In this document: positions 1 through 10,400 of the stretch, one piece after another
How positions within the stretch are numbered: position 1 is the first letter of the stretch
Layout: each line of letters starts with the position of its first letter
From: Hyphomicrobiales bacterium
GTDB taxonomy: Bacteria; Pseudomonadota; Alphaproteobacteria; Rhizobiales; JAKPQE01
DNA length: 64,000 bases
Assembly: GCA_041397845.1 (NCBI GenBank)
Contig: JAWKVW010000004.1
Span: forward strand, 12,104 to 76,103
Reading direction: 5' to 3'
Notes under the pieces: generated by a model
Database searches by the model: none
What the model was told of the DNA's origin: nothing
The model's input: the letters and a program-made list of their open reading frames with translations, nothing else
Made by a program: the position numbers and the translations under genes

Positions 1-1
1 C

Positions 2-262
2 GCCGAAGGTAACCTCGTCGATCGTCCATCTGGTGCCCCGGGCGGAGCCCCTGCCCTGCTGGCAAAGGACCTGTCGCGGGTCACCGCGGCAGCGTTCGGG
101 CAGCGGCGCAAGATGCTGCGCTCAAGCCTCAAGGGCCTCTTTGCCGATCCGGAAGAGGCACTGGCAGCAGTCGGCATCGAGGCGACCCGCCGGGCCGAGG
201 AGATCGACATCGCCGGCTTTGTCGCCCTTGCCCGCCATCTCTCCGGAACCTTGCCGAAATAG
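2..262 (+). CDS. rsmA: 16S rRNA dimethyladenosine transferase RsmA/KsgA, C-terminal fragment (5' end outside window)
   Basis: Frame-2 translation ...[57 protein letters not shown] matches the conserved KsgA C-terminal domain. Stop TAG at 260-262. Not in the ORF track because no start lies in the window. Confidence 0.7.
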   Translation, partial: AEGNLVDRPSGAPGGAPALLAKDLSRVTAAAFGQRRKMLRSSLKGLFADPEEALAAVGIEATRRAEEIDIAGFVALARHLSGTLPK

Positions 263-328
263 CGGTGGCGTGCCGGCACTTCGGCATTGCATCATGACCG
301 CTGTCACCAAACTTGGCAGGGAGCGGCC

Positions 329-1378
329 ATGCTGAAGCGCCAGTCGATCATCGAATACGGAGCGCCGCTTGCGGCAACGGAGGCGGAGCTGCCGCAGCCG
401 CGGGGACGCGAAGTGCTCCTGCGTGTCGGCCATTGCGGCGTCTGCCACAGCGATCTTCACCTGCAGGACGGACATTTCGATCTCGGCGGCGGCCGGCAGC
501 TCGACGTGACCGGCGGGCGGGCGCTGCCGTTCACGCTCGGTCATGAAATCGAGGGTACGGTCGCAGCGATCGGCGATGCGGTCGAGGGTGTTGCCGTCGG
601 AGAACGCCATGTCGTCTATCCGTGGATCGGCTGCGGCACCTGCCCGACCTGCGCGGCGGGGGACGAGCATCTCTGCGACCGGCCGCGAGCGCTCGGCATC
701 ACCGTCGACGGCGGCTATGCGAGCCATGTCCTCGTGCCCGATCCGCGCTATCTCATCGATTTCGGCGACGCCGATCCGGGCCTTGCCGGCACCTATATGT
801 GCTCCGGCCTTACGGCCTTTTCAGCAGTGCGCAAGCTTGGCGATCTTGCCCGGCGGGGACCGGCGCTGATCGTCGGCCTCGGCGGCGTCGGCATGATGGG
901 CGTGCAGTTTGCCCGGGCGCTGACCGGCGTTGCGCCCTACGTGGCCGATATCGATCCGGCGAAGCGCGAGGCAGCGATGGCGCTCGGCGCGGCTGGCGCG
1001 TTCGATCCGGCCGCGATCGACGCGCGCAAGGCGTTCCTGAAAGCGACGGGCGGCGTCTATGGTGCCATCGACTTCGCCGGCACCAGCGGTTCCGTCGATT
1101 TTGCCACCGGCGGCCTGAAAAAGGGTGGCAAGGCCGTCATCGTCGGCCTCATCGGCGGCACCTTCCAGATGCCGGTGGCGATGTTCCCGCTCCGGGCGAT
1201 CGCGATCGAGGGCAGCTATGTCGGCTCGCTCGCCGAGGCGCGGGAGATGATGGAGATCGTGCGGGCCGGGCGGGTGGCGCCGATTCCGCTCGCGGCGCGG
1301 CCGCTTGAGGATGCGAACGAGGTGCTCGACGCGCTTCGCGGCGGCAGGATCGTCGGCCGGGTGGTGCTCGAGCCCTGA
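329..1378 (+). CDS. Zn-dependent alcohol dehydrogenase (MDR superfamily)
   Basis: ORF 287..1378, probable start ATG 329 (MLKRQSIIEYG). Zn motifs GHCGVCHSDLH and GHEIEGTVAAIGDAV, structural-Zn Cys cluster CGTCPTCAAGDEHLC, Rossmann GLGGVG. Confidence 0.85.
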   Translation: MLKRQSIIEYGAPLAATEAELPQPRGREVLLRVGHCGVCHSDLHLQDGHFDLGGGRQLDVTGGRALPFTLGHEIEGTVAAIGDAVEGVAVGERHVVYPWIGCGTCPTCAAGDEHLCDRPRALGITVDGGYASHVLVPDPRYLIDFGDADPGLAGTYMCSGLTAFSAVRKLGDLARRGPALIVGLGGVGMMGVQFARALTGVAPYVADIDPAKREAAMALGAAGAFDPAAIDARKAFLKATGGVYGAIDFAGTSGSVDFATGGLKKGGKAVIVGLIGGTFQMPVAMFPLRAIAIEGSYVGSLAEAREMMEIVRAGRVAPIPLAARPLEDANEVLDALRGGRIVGRVVLEP

Positions 1379-1411
1379 GCGGGCAATCCGCGAGGGCCGA
1401 TCCGACAATGC

Positions 1412-1450
1412 AAAGGCCCCGCCGGCGGATGCCGACGGGGCCTTTCTCGT
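1412..1450. terminator. Bidirectional stem-loop between convergent adh and rplI
   Basis: aaaggccccg (1412-1421) pairs with cggggccttt (1436-1445). A-run on the left and T-run on the right, so it could terminate both convergent genes. Confidence 0.6.
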
Positions 1451-1507
1451 TCAAGCGCGCCGCTGTTCAGGCGCCGCGAAGGACATGCCCGGGGATAGCC
1501 CTCGGCA

Positions 1508-2080
1508 TCATTCCTCGTCTTCGTGATCCTCGAAGATCGCCTCGTTCTCTTCGGCCTCGTCATCCTCTTCCGGAATGAACTCGACGCGATCGCGGGCAGT
1601 CAGGTCCTCGCCGCGGAGCTGACGCTCGGCTTCGTCGGCCGAACGGGCGATGTTGACCTGGATGGTGCAGTCGACTTCCGGGTGCAGCATGATGTGCACC
1701 GGATGCAGGCCGATGGTCTTGATCGGCTGGTCGAGGGCGACCTGCGGGCGGGCGACGGTGAAGCCGTTCTCGGTGAGGATGTCGGCGATGTCGCGGGTCG
1801 AGACGGAGCCATAGAGGTGGCCGGTCTCGCCAGCCTGGCGGATGATGGCATAGGTCGTGCCGTTGAGCTTGACCGAAACGGCCTCGGCCTCGGAGCGGCG
1901 CTCGAGGTTACGGGCTTCAAGCTGGGCGCGCTCGGACTCGAAACGCTCCTTGTTGGCCTTGGTGGCGCGGAGAGCCTTGCCCTGCGGCAGCAGGTAGTTA
2001 CGGGCATAGCCGTCGCGGACGCGGACGATTTCGCCCATCTGGCCGAGCTTGGCAACGCGCTCGAGAAGAATGACTTCCAT
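1508..2080 (-). CDS. rplI: 50S ribosomal protein L9
   Basis: [43 protein letters not shown] is the canonical L9 N-terminus. Acidic C-terminal tail. Confidence 0.95.
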   Translation of the reverse strand: MEVILLERVAKLGQMGEIVRVRDGYARNYLLPQGKALRATKANKERFESERAQLEARNLERRSEAEAVSVKLNGTTYAIIRQAGETGHLYGSVSTRDIADILTENGFTVARPQVALDQPIKTIGLHPVHIMLHPEVDCTIQVNIARSADEAERQLRGEDLTARDRVEFIPEEDDEAEENEAIFEDHEDEE

Positions 2081-2136
2081 GGTTTTTCTCCTTGATGTTC
2101 CAGTGTTTTCAGAAGTTCGGTGTCGGTTGAAGCGGT

Positions 2137-3084
2137 TCAGGTGCTGGACGGCCGGCCGCCGGGCGGCCTGCGGTCGCGCAGTCTCAGGAAGGTTTCCCCG
2201 AGCCCGAGCGCGGCCAGCGCCAGGGCAATCCAGGAGAAGATGACAAGCAGCAGGTAGGTGATGCCGAGGATGAACGGCCGGGCGGGACTGCCGCGCGTCA
2301 CCTCATGCAGGACGGCAAGGCCGAGCAGGACGAAGGCAAGGCCGAAGGTCGCGGCGAACACGCTGGCGATGAAGCCGACGATGCCGCCAAGGAACGAGCC
2401 GGCGGCGGCGAGCACAAAGGCAACCGGCAGCAGCGGCGGAAACTCGATGCGCGAGAGGCGCGGCCAGGGGCGCGACAGGCGGCCGGACGAGTTGACGATG
2501 CGGGCGGCGAGCCAGAGGTTCAAAAGCTCGGTGACCATCCAGAGCACGGCGCCGAAAATCGGCAGGACCTGCGAGAAGAAGCCGACGAGGCGGTCGACGT
2601 CGACGCCCTCCGGCAATTTTCCCTCGCCGCCCTCGGGCGCGATCATCGCCCTCATCACCCTGGCAAGGCCATCGCGATAGGCGTCGATGTCGAAACCGAA
2701 CATCGGGATGGTGGCAACCACGGCGATGCCGCCGAACAGCGCCGCCCAGGCGATGATGCGGCCGACCGGATACCATTCGATGCCGGAGCCGTCGGGCAGC
2801 GGCCGCGACAGCAGGGCAAGGCGGGCGACATAGGCGCTCGGCGCGGCACTCATGAGGAAAAAGAACAGCGCGGCGAGCGGCGAGACGAGAATTGCCAGCG
2901 CCAGCGCACCGGCAAGCGCGGCGACGAGGGCGACAAAGACGCCCCAGCCAAGGCCGGCGAGAAGAACGGGCAGCGGTGCGGTGTAGAACAGCAGGGCAGC
3001 GAGCGGCGAGCCGGTGATGACGGCCGCATAAAGCAGCGCCGACGTCAGTCCGGCGGAAACGCCAATGAGAACGTACTTGCCCAT
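2137..3084 (-). CDS. DUF2232-like polytopic membrane protein (conserved between rpsR and rplI in alphaproteobacteria)
   Basis: 315 aa with multiple hydrophobic helices. Its position inside the rpsF-rpsR-rplI cluster is typical of Rhizobiales. Confidence 0.7.
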   Translation of the reverse strand: MGKYVLIGVSAGLTSALLYAAVITGSPLAALLFYTAPLPVLLAGLGWGVFVALVAALAGALALAILVSPLAALFFFLMSAAPSAYVARLALLSRPLPDGSGIEWYPVGRIIAWAALFGGIAVVATIPMFGFDIDAYRDGLARVMRAMIAPEGGEGKLPEGVDVDRLVGFFSQVLPIFGAVLWMVTELLNLWLAARIVNSSGRLSRPWPRLSRIEFPPLLPVAFVLAAAGSFLGGIVGFIASVFAATFGLAFVLLGLAVLHEVTRGSPARPFILGITYLLLVIFSWIALALAALGLGETFLRLRDRRPPGGRPSST

Positions 3085-3278
3085 ATCGCCAGCTGTCCCG
3101 CTTCAATCGAGCGGTTAGAGAGAGGTCACGGCCCGGCCGGCCTTCTCCCAACCCTTCCGGCGCCGGTTAGCGGTCGCCGGTCTTTCATGGATGACGGGGA
3201 ATGGCGGGTTGCCGCCACTCCCCTTGATTCCCGGCGACCGTTCGGCCGCCATGCCAGCCGCCCGAAGGCGGCACGGCC

Positions 3279-3524
3279 TTACTTGATGACGAACGGCAGC
3301 AGGCCGAGGAAGCGGGCGCGCTTGATCGCCTTGGCGAGCTCGCGCTGCTTCTTGGCGGACACGGCCGTGATGCGGCTCGGCACGATCTTGCCGCGCTCGG
3401 AGATGTAGCGCTGCAGCAGCCGGATGTCCTTGTAGTCGATCTTCGGTGCATTGGCGCCGGAGAACGGGCAGGTCTTGCGACGACGGAAGAACGGCCGCCG
3501 AACAGGGGTCTGCGCGATGCTCAT
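3279..3524 (-). CDS. rpsR: 30S ribosomal protein S18
   Basis: [64 protein letters not shown]. Start overlaps the rpsF stop by 4 nt. Confidence 0.95.
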   Translation of the reverse strand: MSIAQTPVRRPFFRRRKTCPFSGANAPKIDYKDIRLLQRYISERGKIVPSRITAVSAKKQRELAKAIKRARFLGLLPFVIK

Positions 3525-4003
3525 TCGCCGTCCTCCTCATCATTGCGCGGGGCACGATCGTCACGATCGCGGCGACCGCCAAAACCACCACCGCCACGAC
3601 GCTCGCCACGATCCTCGCGATCGCGACGGCCGCCGAAGCCGCCACCGCCACGACGATCACCACGATCGTCCCGGTCGCGGTCGCGCTTCTGCATCATCGC
3701 GGACGGACCTTCCTCGAGCTCCTCGACGCGGATGGTCATGAAGCGCAGAACATCTTCGGAGATGCGCATCTGCCGTTCCATCTCGGCGACGGCGGCGTGC
3801 GGGGCATCGATGTTCATCAGGGTGTAGTGCGCCTTGCGGTTCTTGTTGATCCGGAAGGTGAGCGGCTTGACGCCCCAATATTCGATCTTGGCGACGCTAC
3901 CACCGAGTTCGGCGATGACGCCCTTGTAGGTCTCGACCAGCTGGTCAACCTGCTGGGACGAGATGTCCTGGCGGGCCAGGAACACGTGCTCGTAAAGCGG
4001 CAT
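3521..4003 (-). CDS. rpsF: 30S ribosomal protein S6 with Arg/Gly/Asp-rich repeated C-terminal tail
   Basis: [60 protein letters not shown] is the S6 core. The tail holds two copies of DRG(D/E)[13 protein letters not shown](E/D). Confidence 0.95.
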   Translation of the reverse strand: MPLYEHVFLARQDISSQQVDQLVETYKGVIAELGGSVAKIEYWGVKPLTFRINKNRKAHYTLMNIDAPHAAVAEMERQMRISEDVLRFMTIRVEELEEGPSAMMQKRDRDRDDRGDRRGGGGFGGRRDREDRGERRGGGGFGGRRDRDDRAPRNDEEDGE

Positions 4004-4418
4004 TGAAACTGCCTTTCCTCAACTTTCGACGACCGGCGCCAAGCCCCTTCGAAGCCCATCGACAAGGAAAGGCTCAAAAGACAACTTCGAGAGCGGGAAC
4101 ACGGGAGGTCAGATCTTCATCGATCCTGACGCCGTTCCACAAGGAACAGCATCCCTCCGTTCAGCCCCCGGCCGGGTCCACCTCTGGCGGACCGGCGGGT
4201 TATACGCGATCCGACCCGGAATGCAAGCCGGATCGGGCGCTTCGCCCGCGGCAAGGCCGTGGATATCCGCCATTGCCGGCCGGGCCATTCGGATATCCGC
4301 CGGCCGGCGCCCTTGACTTCGCCCCGGCAACGCGGTCCATAAGCCAAAATGGCGGGAGAGCGCGGCCTGAATAATAACGCCGCACCCCCTTATGGCGGAT
4401 CGAACGCGGGGAGACGCA

Positions 4419-5360
4419 ATGACCATCGCATTCACCTTTCCCGGACAGGGCAGCCAGGCCGTCGGCATGGGCAAGGCGCTCGCCGAGACCTTCAGCGAGG
4501 CGCGGGCCGTTTTCGACGAGGTCGACGAGGCGCTCGGGCAGAAGCTTTCGGCGGTGATGTGGGATGGTCCAGCCGAGGAGCTGACGCTGACGCGCAATGC
4601 GCAGCCGGCGCTGATGTCGGTCAGCCTCGCGGTGATGCGGGTGCTCGAGGCGCGCGGCTTCGACATGGCCGCCAGGATTTCCCACGTTGCCGGCCATTCG
4701 CTCGGCGAATATTCGGCGCTGGCTGCCGCCGGCAGCCTGACGATCGGCGACGCGGCGCGGCTCTTGCGGATTCGCGGCGAGGCCATGCAGGCGGCGGTGC
4801 CGGTCGGCGTCGGCGCGATGGCGGCACTGCTCGGGCTCGACCTCGACGCGGCGCGTGAAGTCGCCGAGGCGGCGGCCGGCGGCGACGTCTGCGCGGCGGC
4901 GAACGACAACGCCTCGGGCCAGGTGGTCGTTTCCGGCCACAAGGCCGCCGTGGAGCGGGCCGTCGAGCTCGCCAAGGAAAAGGGCGCCAAGCGGGCGATG
5001 ATGCTGACCGTCAGCGCACCGTTCCATTGCGCCCTGATGCAGCCGGCGGCGGACGCCATGGCCGAGGCGCTTGCCGGCGTCACCATCCATGCGCCGAAGG
5101 TGCCGCTCGTCGCCAACGTGCTGGCGCGGCCGATCTCCGATCCGGCCGAGATCCGCACCCGGCTCGTCGAGCAGGTCACCGGCATGGTGCGCTGGCGCGA
5201 GTCGATCGAGTGGCTGACCGGCAACGGCGTCGATACGCTCTATGAAATCGGTTCGGGCAAGGTCCTCTCCGGCCTCGTCAAGCGCATCGCCAAGGACGCG
5301 ACCGCGTTCAATGTCGGCACGCCGGACGAAATCGAAGCCGCTCTCGCGCGCCTCGGCTGA
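4419..5360 (+). CDS. fabD: Malonyl-CoA:ACP transacylase
   Basis: MTIAFTFPGQGSQAVGMG, active-site GHSLGEYSAL. First gene of the fabD-fabG-acpP-fabF order. Confidence 0.95.
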   Translation: MTIAFTFPGQGSQAVGMGKALAETFSEARAVFDEVDEALGQKLSAVMWDGPAEELTLTRNAQPALMSVSLAVMRVLEARGFDMAARISHVAGHSLGEYSALAAAGSLTIGDAARLLRIRGEAMQAAVPVGVGAMAALLGLDLDAAREVAEAAAGGDVCAAANDNASGQVVVSGHKAAVERAVELAKEKGAKRAMMLTVSAPFHCALMQPAADAMAEALAGVTIHAPKVPLVANVLARPISDPAEIRTRLVEQVTGMVRWRESIEWLTGNGVDTLYEIGSGKVLSGLVKRIAKDATAFNVGTPDEIEAALARLG

Positions 5361-5391
5361 CGCCCGCAACAAAAGAACGGGGGATACCTTC

Positions 5392-6129
5392 ATGTTCGAC
5401 CTTACTGGCAAATGCGCGCTCGTGACCGGCGCATCCGGCGGCATCGGCGGCGCCATCGCCCGGGCCCTGCATGGGCGCGGCGCGACCGTCGCCCTCTCCG
5501 GCACGCGCGCCGCGGCGCTCGAGGCCGTCGCGGCCGAGCTCGGCGAGCGGACGCACATCCTGACCTGCAATCTCTCGGACCGGGCCGAGGTCGACGCCCT
5601 TGTCGGCCGGGCCGAGGCGGCGATGGGCAAGCTCGACATTCTCGTCAACAACGCCGGCATCACCCGCGACAACCTCTTCCTGCGCATGAAGGACGAGGAG
5701 TGGGACCAGGTCATCGAGGTCAACCTGACCGCCGCCTTCCGGCTGTCGCGCGCGGCGCTGAAGGGCATGATGAAGCGCCGGCACGGCCGCATCGTGCAGA
5801 TCGGTTCCGTCGTCGGGACGACCGGCAATCCGGGCCAGGGCAACTATGCGGCAGCCAAGGCCGGCCTCATCGGCATGTCGAAGGCGCTGGCGCAGGAAGT
5901 TGCCAGCCGCAACGTCACCGTCAACGTCGTCGCGCCGGGCTTCATCGAAACGGCCATGACGGATGCCCTCAACGACAAGCAGCGCGAAACGATTCTCGGC
6001 GCGGTGCCGGCCGGACGGCTTGGCTCCGGCGCGGACATCGCGGCGGCAGTCGTCTACCTCGCCAGCGAGGAAGCCGCCTACACGACCGGCCAGACGCTGC
6101 ACGTCAATGGCGGTATGGCCATGATCTAA
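5392..6129 (+). CDS. fabG: 3-oxoacyl-ACP reductase
   Basis: Start ATG 5392 (MFDLTGKCALVTGASGGIGGAIA), NNAGITRD, YAAAKAG catalytic motif, ends HVNGGMAMI. Confidence 0.95.
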   Translation: MFDLTGKCALVTGASGGIGGAIARALHGRGATVALSGTRAAALEAVAAELGERTHILTCNLSDRAEVDALVGRAEAAMGKLDILVNNAGITRDNLFLRMKDEEWDQVIEVNLTAAFRLSRAALKGMMKRRHGRIVQIGSVVGTTGNPGQGNYAAAKAGLIGMSKALAQEVASRNVTVNVVAPGFIETAMTDALNDKQRETILGAVPAGRLGSGADIAAAVVYLASEEAAYTTGQTLHVNGGMAMI

Positions 6130-6396
6130 AAGGGATTTCATGCTTGCACGGGAAGCCTTGCGGGCATGCTCCCGAAGGCGGTAAGGTCTGCTGGTCAAGG
6201 CTGGCAAAGTGTGTTACCTACCGCCGGCCGGTCGCCATGGGCAGACCGGACGAGAAGATTTGGACCGTCCCTGCCGCCCGACCGATCCGGCGGCGGCAAG
6301 GTGCGGTCCCTGCCGATCTCCCGTTCCGAAGGGGGGACGGATAGCGTTGCGGAAGTTCCGCAGCAGGCATTTGTGGAGAAGGTCGAGGATTGGACT

Positions 6397-6633
6397 ATGA
6401 GCGACATCGCTGATCGCGTGAAGAAGATCGTCATCGAGCACCTGGGCGTCGATGCCGACAAAGTTACCGACAACGCCAGCTTCATCGACGACCTGGGCGC
6501 CGACAGCCTCGACACCGTCGAGCTGGTCATGGCGTTCGAGGAAGAGTTCGGCTGCGAGATTCCGGACGATGCCGCCGAGACGATCCTGACGGTCGGCGAT
6601 GCGGTGAAGTTCCTCGAGAAGGCCGCCGGCTAA
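6397..6633 (+). CDS. acpP: Acyl carrier protein
   Basis: 78 aa, [18 protein letters not shown]..., phosphopantetheine site [19 protein letters not shown]. Confidence 0.97.
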   Translation: MSDIADRVKKIVIEHLGVDADKVTDNASFIDDLGADSLDTVELVMAFEEEFGCEIPDDAAETILTVGDAVKFLEKAAG

Positions 6634-6648
6634 GGCGTTCAACGCATT

Positions 6649-6681
6649 CCTCCGGCCGGTCGCATCGCGTCCGGCCGGAGG
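6649..6681 (+). other. GC-rich stem-loop between acpP and fabF (possible attenuator or processing hairpin)
   Basis: cctccggccgg (6649-6659) pairs with ccggccggagg (6671-6681). No T-tract follows. Confidence 0.4.
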
Positions 6682-6698
6682 TGCGGCAGGGTATCGGA

Positions 6699-7964
6699 AT
6701 GAGAAGAGTCGTCATTACCGGAATGGGCATGGTGACGCCGCTTGGTTGCGGCGTCGAGGCAACCTGGCAGCGGATTCTCGCCGGCGAAAACGGCGCGGGA
6801 CGGGTCGAGACGTTCGACGTCTCCGACATCGCCTGCCAGATCGCCTGCCAGATTCCGCGCGGCGACGGCTCGAACGGCACCTACAATCCCAATCAGTGGA
6901 TGGAGCCGAAGGAACAGCGCAAGGTCGACGAGTTCATCGTGTTCGCGATGGCGGCGGCCGAACAGGCGCTGGCGGATGCCGGCTGGGCACCGAAGTCGTA
7001 TGAAGACCAGATCCGTTCCGGCGTTCTCATCGGTTCGGGCATCGGCGGTCTCGTCGGCATCGAGGAAGCGGCCAATGTGCTGCGCGATCGCGGCCCGCGG
7101 CGGCTTTCGCCGTTCTTCATTCCGGGCCGACTGATCAATCTGGCTTCCGGCTACGTGTCGATCCGGCACGGCCTGAAGGGCCCGAACCACGCCGTCGTCA
7201 CGGCCTGCTCGACCGGCGCGCATGCGATCGGCGATGCCGGTCGTCTCATCGCGCTCGGCGACGCCGAGGTGATGGTGGCGGGCGGCACCGAATCGCCGAT
7301 CGGCCGGCTGTCGCTGGCAGGCTTTGCCGCCTGCCGGGCGCTTTCGACCGGCTTCAACGACCGGCCGAAGCAGGCGTCCCGTCCTTATGACAAGGATCGC
7401 GACGGCTTCGTCATGGGCGAAGGCGCGGGCGTCGTCGTGCTCGAGGAGTACGAGCACGCCAAGGCGCGCGGCGCCAAGATCTATGCCGAGCTCATCGGCT
7501 ACGGCATGTCGGGCGATGCCTATCACATCACCGCCCCGTCCGAGGACGGCGACGGCGCCTATCGCTGCATGAGCGCGGCGATCAAGCGGGCCGGCATCGA
7601 TGCCTCGGAAATCGATTACGTCAACGCGCATGGCACCTCGACGCCGCTTGGCGACGAGATCGAGCTCGGCGCGGTGGAGCGCGTTCTCGGCAATGCGGCG
7701 GGCCGCGTGTCGATGTCGTCGACGAAGTCGGCGGTCGGCCACCTGCTCGGTGCGGCCGGTGCGGTCGAGGCGATCTTCTCGGCGCTGACCATCCGCGACC
7801 AGATCGTTCCGCCGACGCTGAATCTCGACAACCCGTCCGTCGAGACGCCGATCGATCTCGTTCCCCATCAGCCGCGCAAGCGCGAGGTGCGGATCGCCCT
7901 GTCGAATTCGTTCGGCTTTGGCGGCACCAATGCCTCGCTCGTGCTCCGGGCCGTCGACGCCTGA
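6699..7964 (+). CDS. fabF: Beta-ketoacyl-ACP synthase II
   Basis: MRRVVITGMGMVTPLG, active Cys in VTACSTGAHAIG, NAHGTSTPLGD, NSFGFGGTNASLVL. Confidence 0.95.
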   Translation: MRRVVITGMGMVTPLGCGVEATWQRILAGENGAGRVETFDVSDIACQIACQIPRGDGSNGTYNPNQWMEPKEQRKVDEFIVFAMAAAEQALADAGWAPKSYEDQIRSGVLIGSGIGGLVGIEEAANVLRDRGPRRLSPFFIPGRLINLASGYVSIRHGLKGPNHAVVTACSTGAHAIGDAGRLIALGDAEVMVAGGTESPIGRLSLAGFAACRALSTGFNDRPKQASRPYDKDRDGFVMGEGAGVVVLEEYEHAKARGAKIYAELIGYGMSGDAYHITAPSEDGDGAYRCMSAAIKRAGIDASEIDYVNAHGTSTPLGDEIELGAVERVLGNAAGRVSMSSTKSAVGHLLGAAGAVEAIFSALTIRDQIVPPTLNLDNPSVETPIDLVPHQPRKREVRIALSNSFGFGGTNASLVLRAVDA

Positions 7965-8039
7965 TTTCAGGTTCGTCCTTTCGCCACAGTCTCGCTGCAG
8001 ATTTTCACGGCACGAGAGACAACGGAGACATGCCGCCAG

Positions 8040-9344
8040 GTGATGGGCAACGCACCCCACGACAGCTACGAGGCGAACGGCGAGGCCGATCGCCGGCTCA
8101 GCCCGCGCAGTCCGCGCGAAACGCTGCAGCCGGAGCCCGTGCCGGCGCCGCCGCCGCCGTCGCGGCTGGCGCGACATCCCGTCGTCGTGGTGCTGAACGG
8201 TCTGCTCACCTTCGTCGTGCTGGCAATCCTGGCGATTGGCGCCGGCCTTTACTGGGGCAAGACCCGGTTTGACGCCGAGGGGCCGCTGACCGAATCAAAG
8301 AGCGTGATGATCACTCGCGGCAGCAATGCCGAGGCGATCGCCGGCATGCTCGAGCGGCACGGCGTCATCGAGAACAAATGGGTGTTCTTCGGCGGCATTC
8401 TCGTCAACAAGGCGCAGGCCGACCTCAAGGCCGGCGAATATCTCTTCAAGCGCCGCGCCAGCATGCGCGAGGTGATGGAGACGATCGTCGAGGGCCGCTC
8501 GATCGAATATTCGGTCACGGTCCCGGAAGGGCTGACGAGCCAGCAGATCGTGGCGCGCCTGACCGAGGACCCGGTTCTTGTCGGGACGATCGAATCGGTG
8601 CCGCCGGAAGGCTCGCTGCTGCCGGAAACCTACAAGTTCACGCGCGGCACGTCGCGGCCGCAGATCATCGACCGGATGCGCCGGGCGCATGACCGGGCGG
8701 TGCAGGAAGTCTGGGAAAAGCGCGCCGAAGGGCTGCCGCTGAAGTCGCCGGACGAACTCGTCACCATGGCCTCGATCGTCGAGAAGGAAACCGGCAAGGC
8801 GGACGAGCGGCCGCGCGTTGCCGCCGTCTTCATCAACCGGCTGAAGAAGAACATGCGGCTGCAGTCCGACCCGACGATCATCTATGGCCTCGTCGGTGGC
8901 CAGGGCTCGCTCGGCCGGCCGATCCTGAAAAGCGAAATCGACCGGCAGACCGCCTACAACACCTACCAGATCAGCGGCCTGCCGCCGGGGCCGATCGCCA
9001 ATCCCGGCCGTGCGGCGCTGGAAGCCGCCGCCAATCCGTCGCGCACCGAGGATCTTTATTTCGTCGCCGACGGCACCGGCGGGCACATCTTCGCCGCGAC
9101 CTATGACGATCACCAGAAGAACGTCAATCGCTGGCGGCGGATCGAGCGCGACCGGGCGAGCGAGGCGGCAAAGGCCGAGGAAAAAGCGGCGGCTGCGGCT
9201 GCGGCGGCCGATGCACCTGCAACCGACACGCCGCCCGCGCCGCTGGACAATCCGGCCGATGCCGAACCGCCGGCGGATGATGCCAAGGCGGCCGACAGCA
9301 AGGGCGGCGGCGCGCCGAAGCTTGACCTGCGCGTGCCGCGCTGA
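8040..9344 (+). CDS. mltG: Endolytic murein transglycosylase MltG (YceG family) with Ala/Pro/Asp-rich C-terminal tail
   Basis: N-terminal TM (VVVVLNGLLTFVVLAILAIGAGLYW), EGSLLPETYKF, MASIVEKETG. Located downstream of fabF as in many proteobacteria. Confidence 0.85.
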   Translation: MMGNAPHDSYEANGEADRRLSPRSPRETLQPEPVPAPPPPSRLARHPVVVVLNGLLTFVVLAILAIGAGLYWGKTRFDAEGPLTESKSVMITRGSNAEAIAGMLERHGVIENKWVFFGGILVNKAQADLKAGEYLFKRRASMREVMETIVEGRSIEYSVTVPEGLTSQQIVARLTEDPVLVGTIESVPPEGSLLPETYKFTRGTSRPQIIDRMRRAHDRAVQEVWEKRAEGLPLKSPDELVTMASIVEKETGKADERPRVAAVFINRLKKNMRLQSDPTIIYGLVGGQGSLGRPILKSEIDRQTAYNTYQISGLPPGPIANPGRAALEAAANPSRTEDLYFVADGTGGHIFAATYDDHQKNVNRWRRIERDRASEAAKAEEKAAAAAAAADAPATDTPPAPLDNPADAEPPADDAKAADSKGGGAPKLDLRVPR

Positions 9345-9502
9345 GGTTCCCTTACCGTCTTTTGCGGTCTGTTTCCGGCCCGGTTTCCGGCATCGGCGAA
9401 CGCTGAAGCCTCCTGCCCGACAAAACCTGTCGAAGCTGTTTCCCACGGCGCAGCGCATGCGCTAAACACTGCCAACGACAACGGGCGGGAGGATGCGGTT
9501 TC

Positions 9503-10390
9503 ATGGCACTTGCGAGCATGACGGGCTTTGCCCGATCCGAGGGCGCGCTCGGCGATACCCGCTGGACATGGGAGCTGAAGAGCGTCAACGGCAAGGGCCT
9601 CGACGTGCGCCTGCGCGTGCCGCCGGGAATGGACGCCATCGAGCAGCCGGCGCGCGAGCGCATTTCGGCCGGCCTGCAGCGCGGCAATTGCTACGGCACC
9701 CTCAATGTTCGCCGGGAGAGCTCGGCAACGACCGTGCGGATCAATGAAACCGTGCTGGCCGCCGTGATCGAGGCGGCGCGGTCGATCAGCGAGCGCGTCG
9801 ACGCGGCGGCGCCGTCAATCGACGGCCTGTTGCAGATCAAGGGCGTCGTCGACATCGTCGAGCCGAGCGAGGACGACGAGTCCCGGGCGGCGCTGAACAA
9901 GGCGATCCTTGCGAGCCTTGCCGAGGCGGTGACGGCGCTGGTCGCGGCCCGGCATGGCGAGGGCGCTGCCCTGTTCGAGGTCCTTTCCGGCCATCTCGAC
10001 GAGATCGAGCGGCTGCGCGCCGCCGCCGAGGCGACCCCGGCACGCACGGTTGACGCGATCAAGGCCCGGCTCGCCGAGCAGGTGGCGCGCCTGCTCGACG
10101 CCAGCAGCACATTCGACGAGGCGCGGCTGCATCAGGAAGCGGCGCTGCTCGCGACCCGCGCGGACATCCGCGAGGAGCTCGACCGGCTTGCCGCCCATGT
10201 CGCGGCGGCGCGGACGCTGCTGGCCTCGGGTGCGGCCGTCGGCCGCCGGCTCGATTTCCTTGCCCAGGAGTTCAACCGCGAAGTCAACACGCTCTGCTCG
10301 AAGTCGAACGACACGGCGCTGACGGCGATCGGCCTCGACCTGAAGGCGACGGTCGACCAGTTCCGCGAGCAGTTGCAGAACCTCGAGTGA
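9503..10390 (+). CDS. yicC: YicC family stress-induced protein
   Basis: SMTGFARSEG N-terminus and C-terminal EFNREVNTLCSKSND (DUF1732). Lies upstream of gmk. Confidence 0.85.
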   Translation: MALASMTGFARSEGALGDTRWTWELKSVNGKGLDVRLRVPPGMDAIEQPARERISAGLQRGNCYGTLNVRRESSATTVRINETVLAAVIEAARSISERVDAAAPSIDGLLQIKGVVDIVEPSEDDESRAALNKAILASLAEAVTALVAARHGEGAALFEVLSGHLDEIERLRAAAEATPARTVDAIKARLAEQVARLLDASSTFDEARLHQEAALLATRADIREELDRLAAHVAAARTLLASGAAVGRRLDFLAQEFNREVNTLCSKSNDTALTAIGLDLKATVDQFREQLQNLE

Positions 10391-10400
10391 GGCCGAACCG

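Noticed and set aside
4004-4130. Ribosomal-protein (S6:S18) autoregulatory leader RNA upstream of rpsF.
   Set aside because: Such leaders are described in other phyla, but I could not identify the characteristic structure by eye. Needs a covariance-model scan (Rfam).
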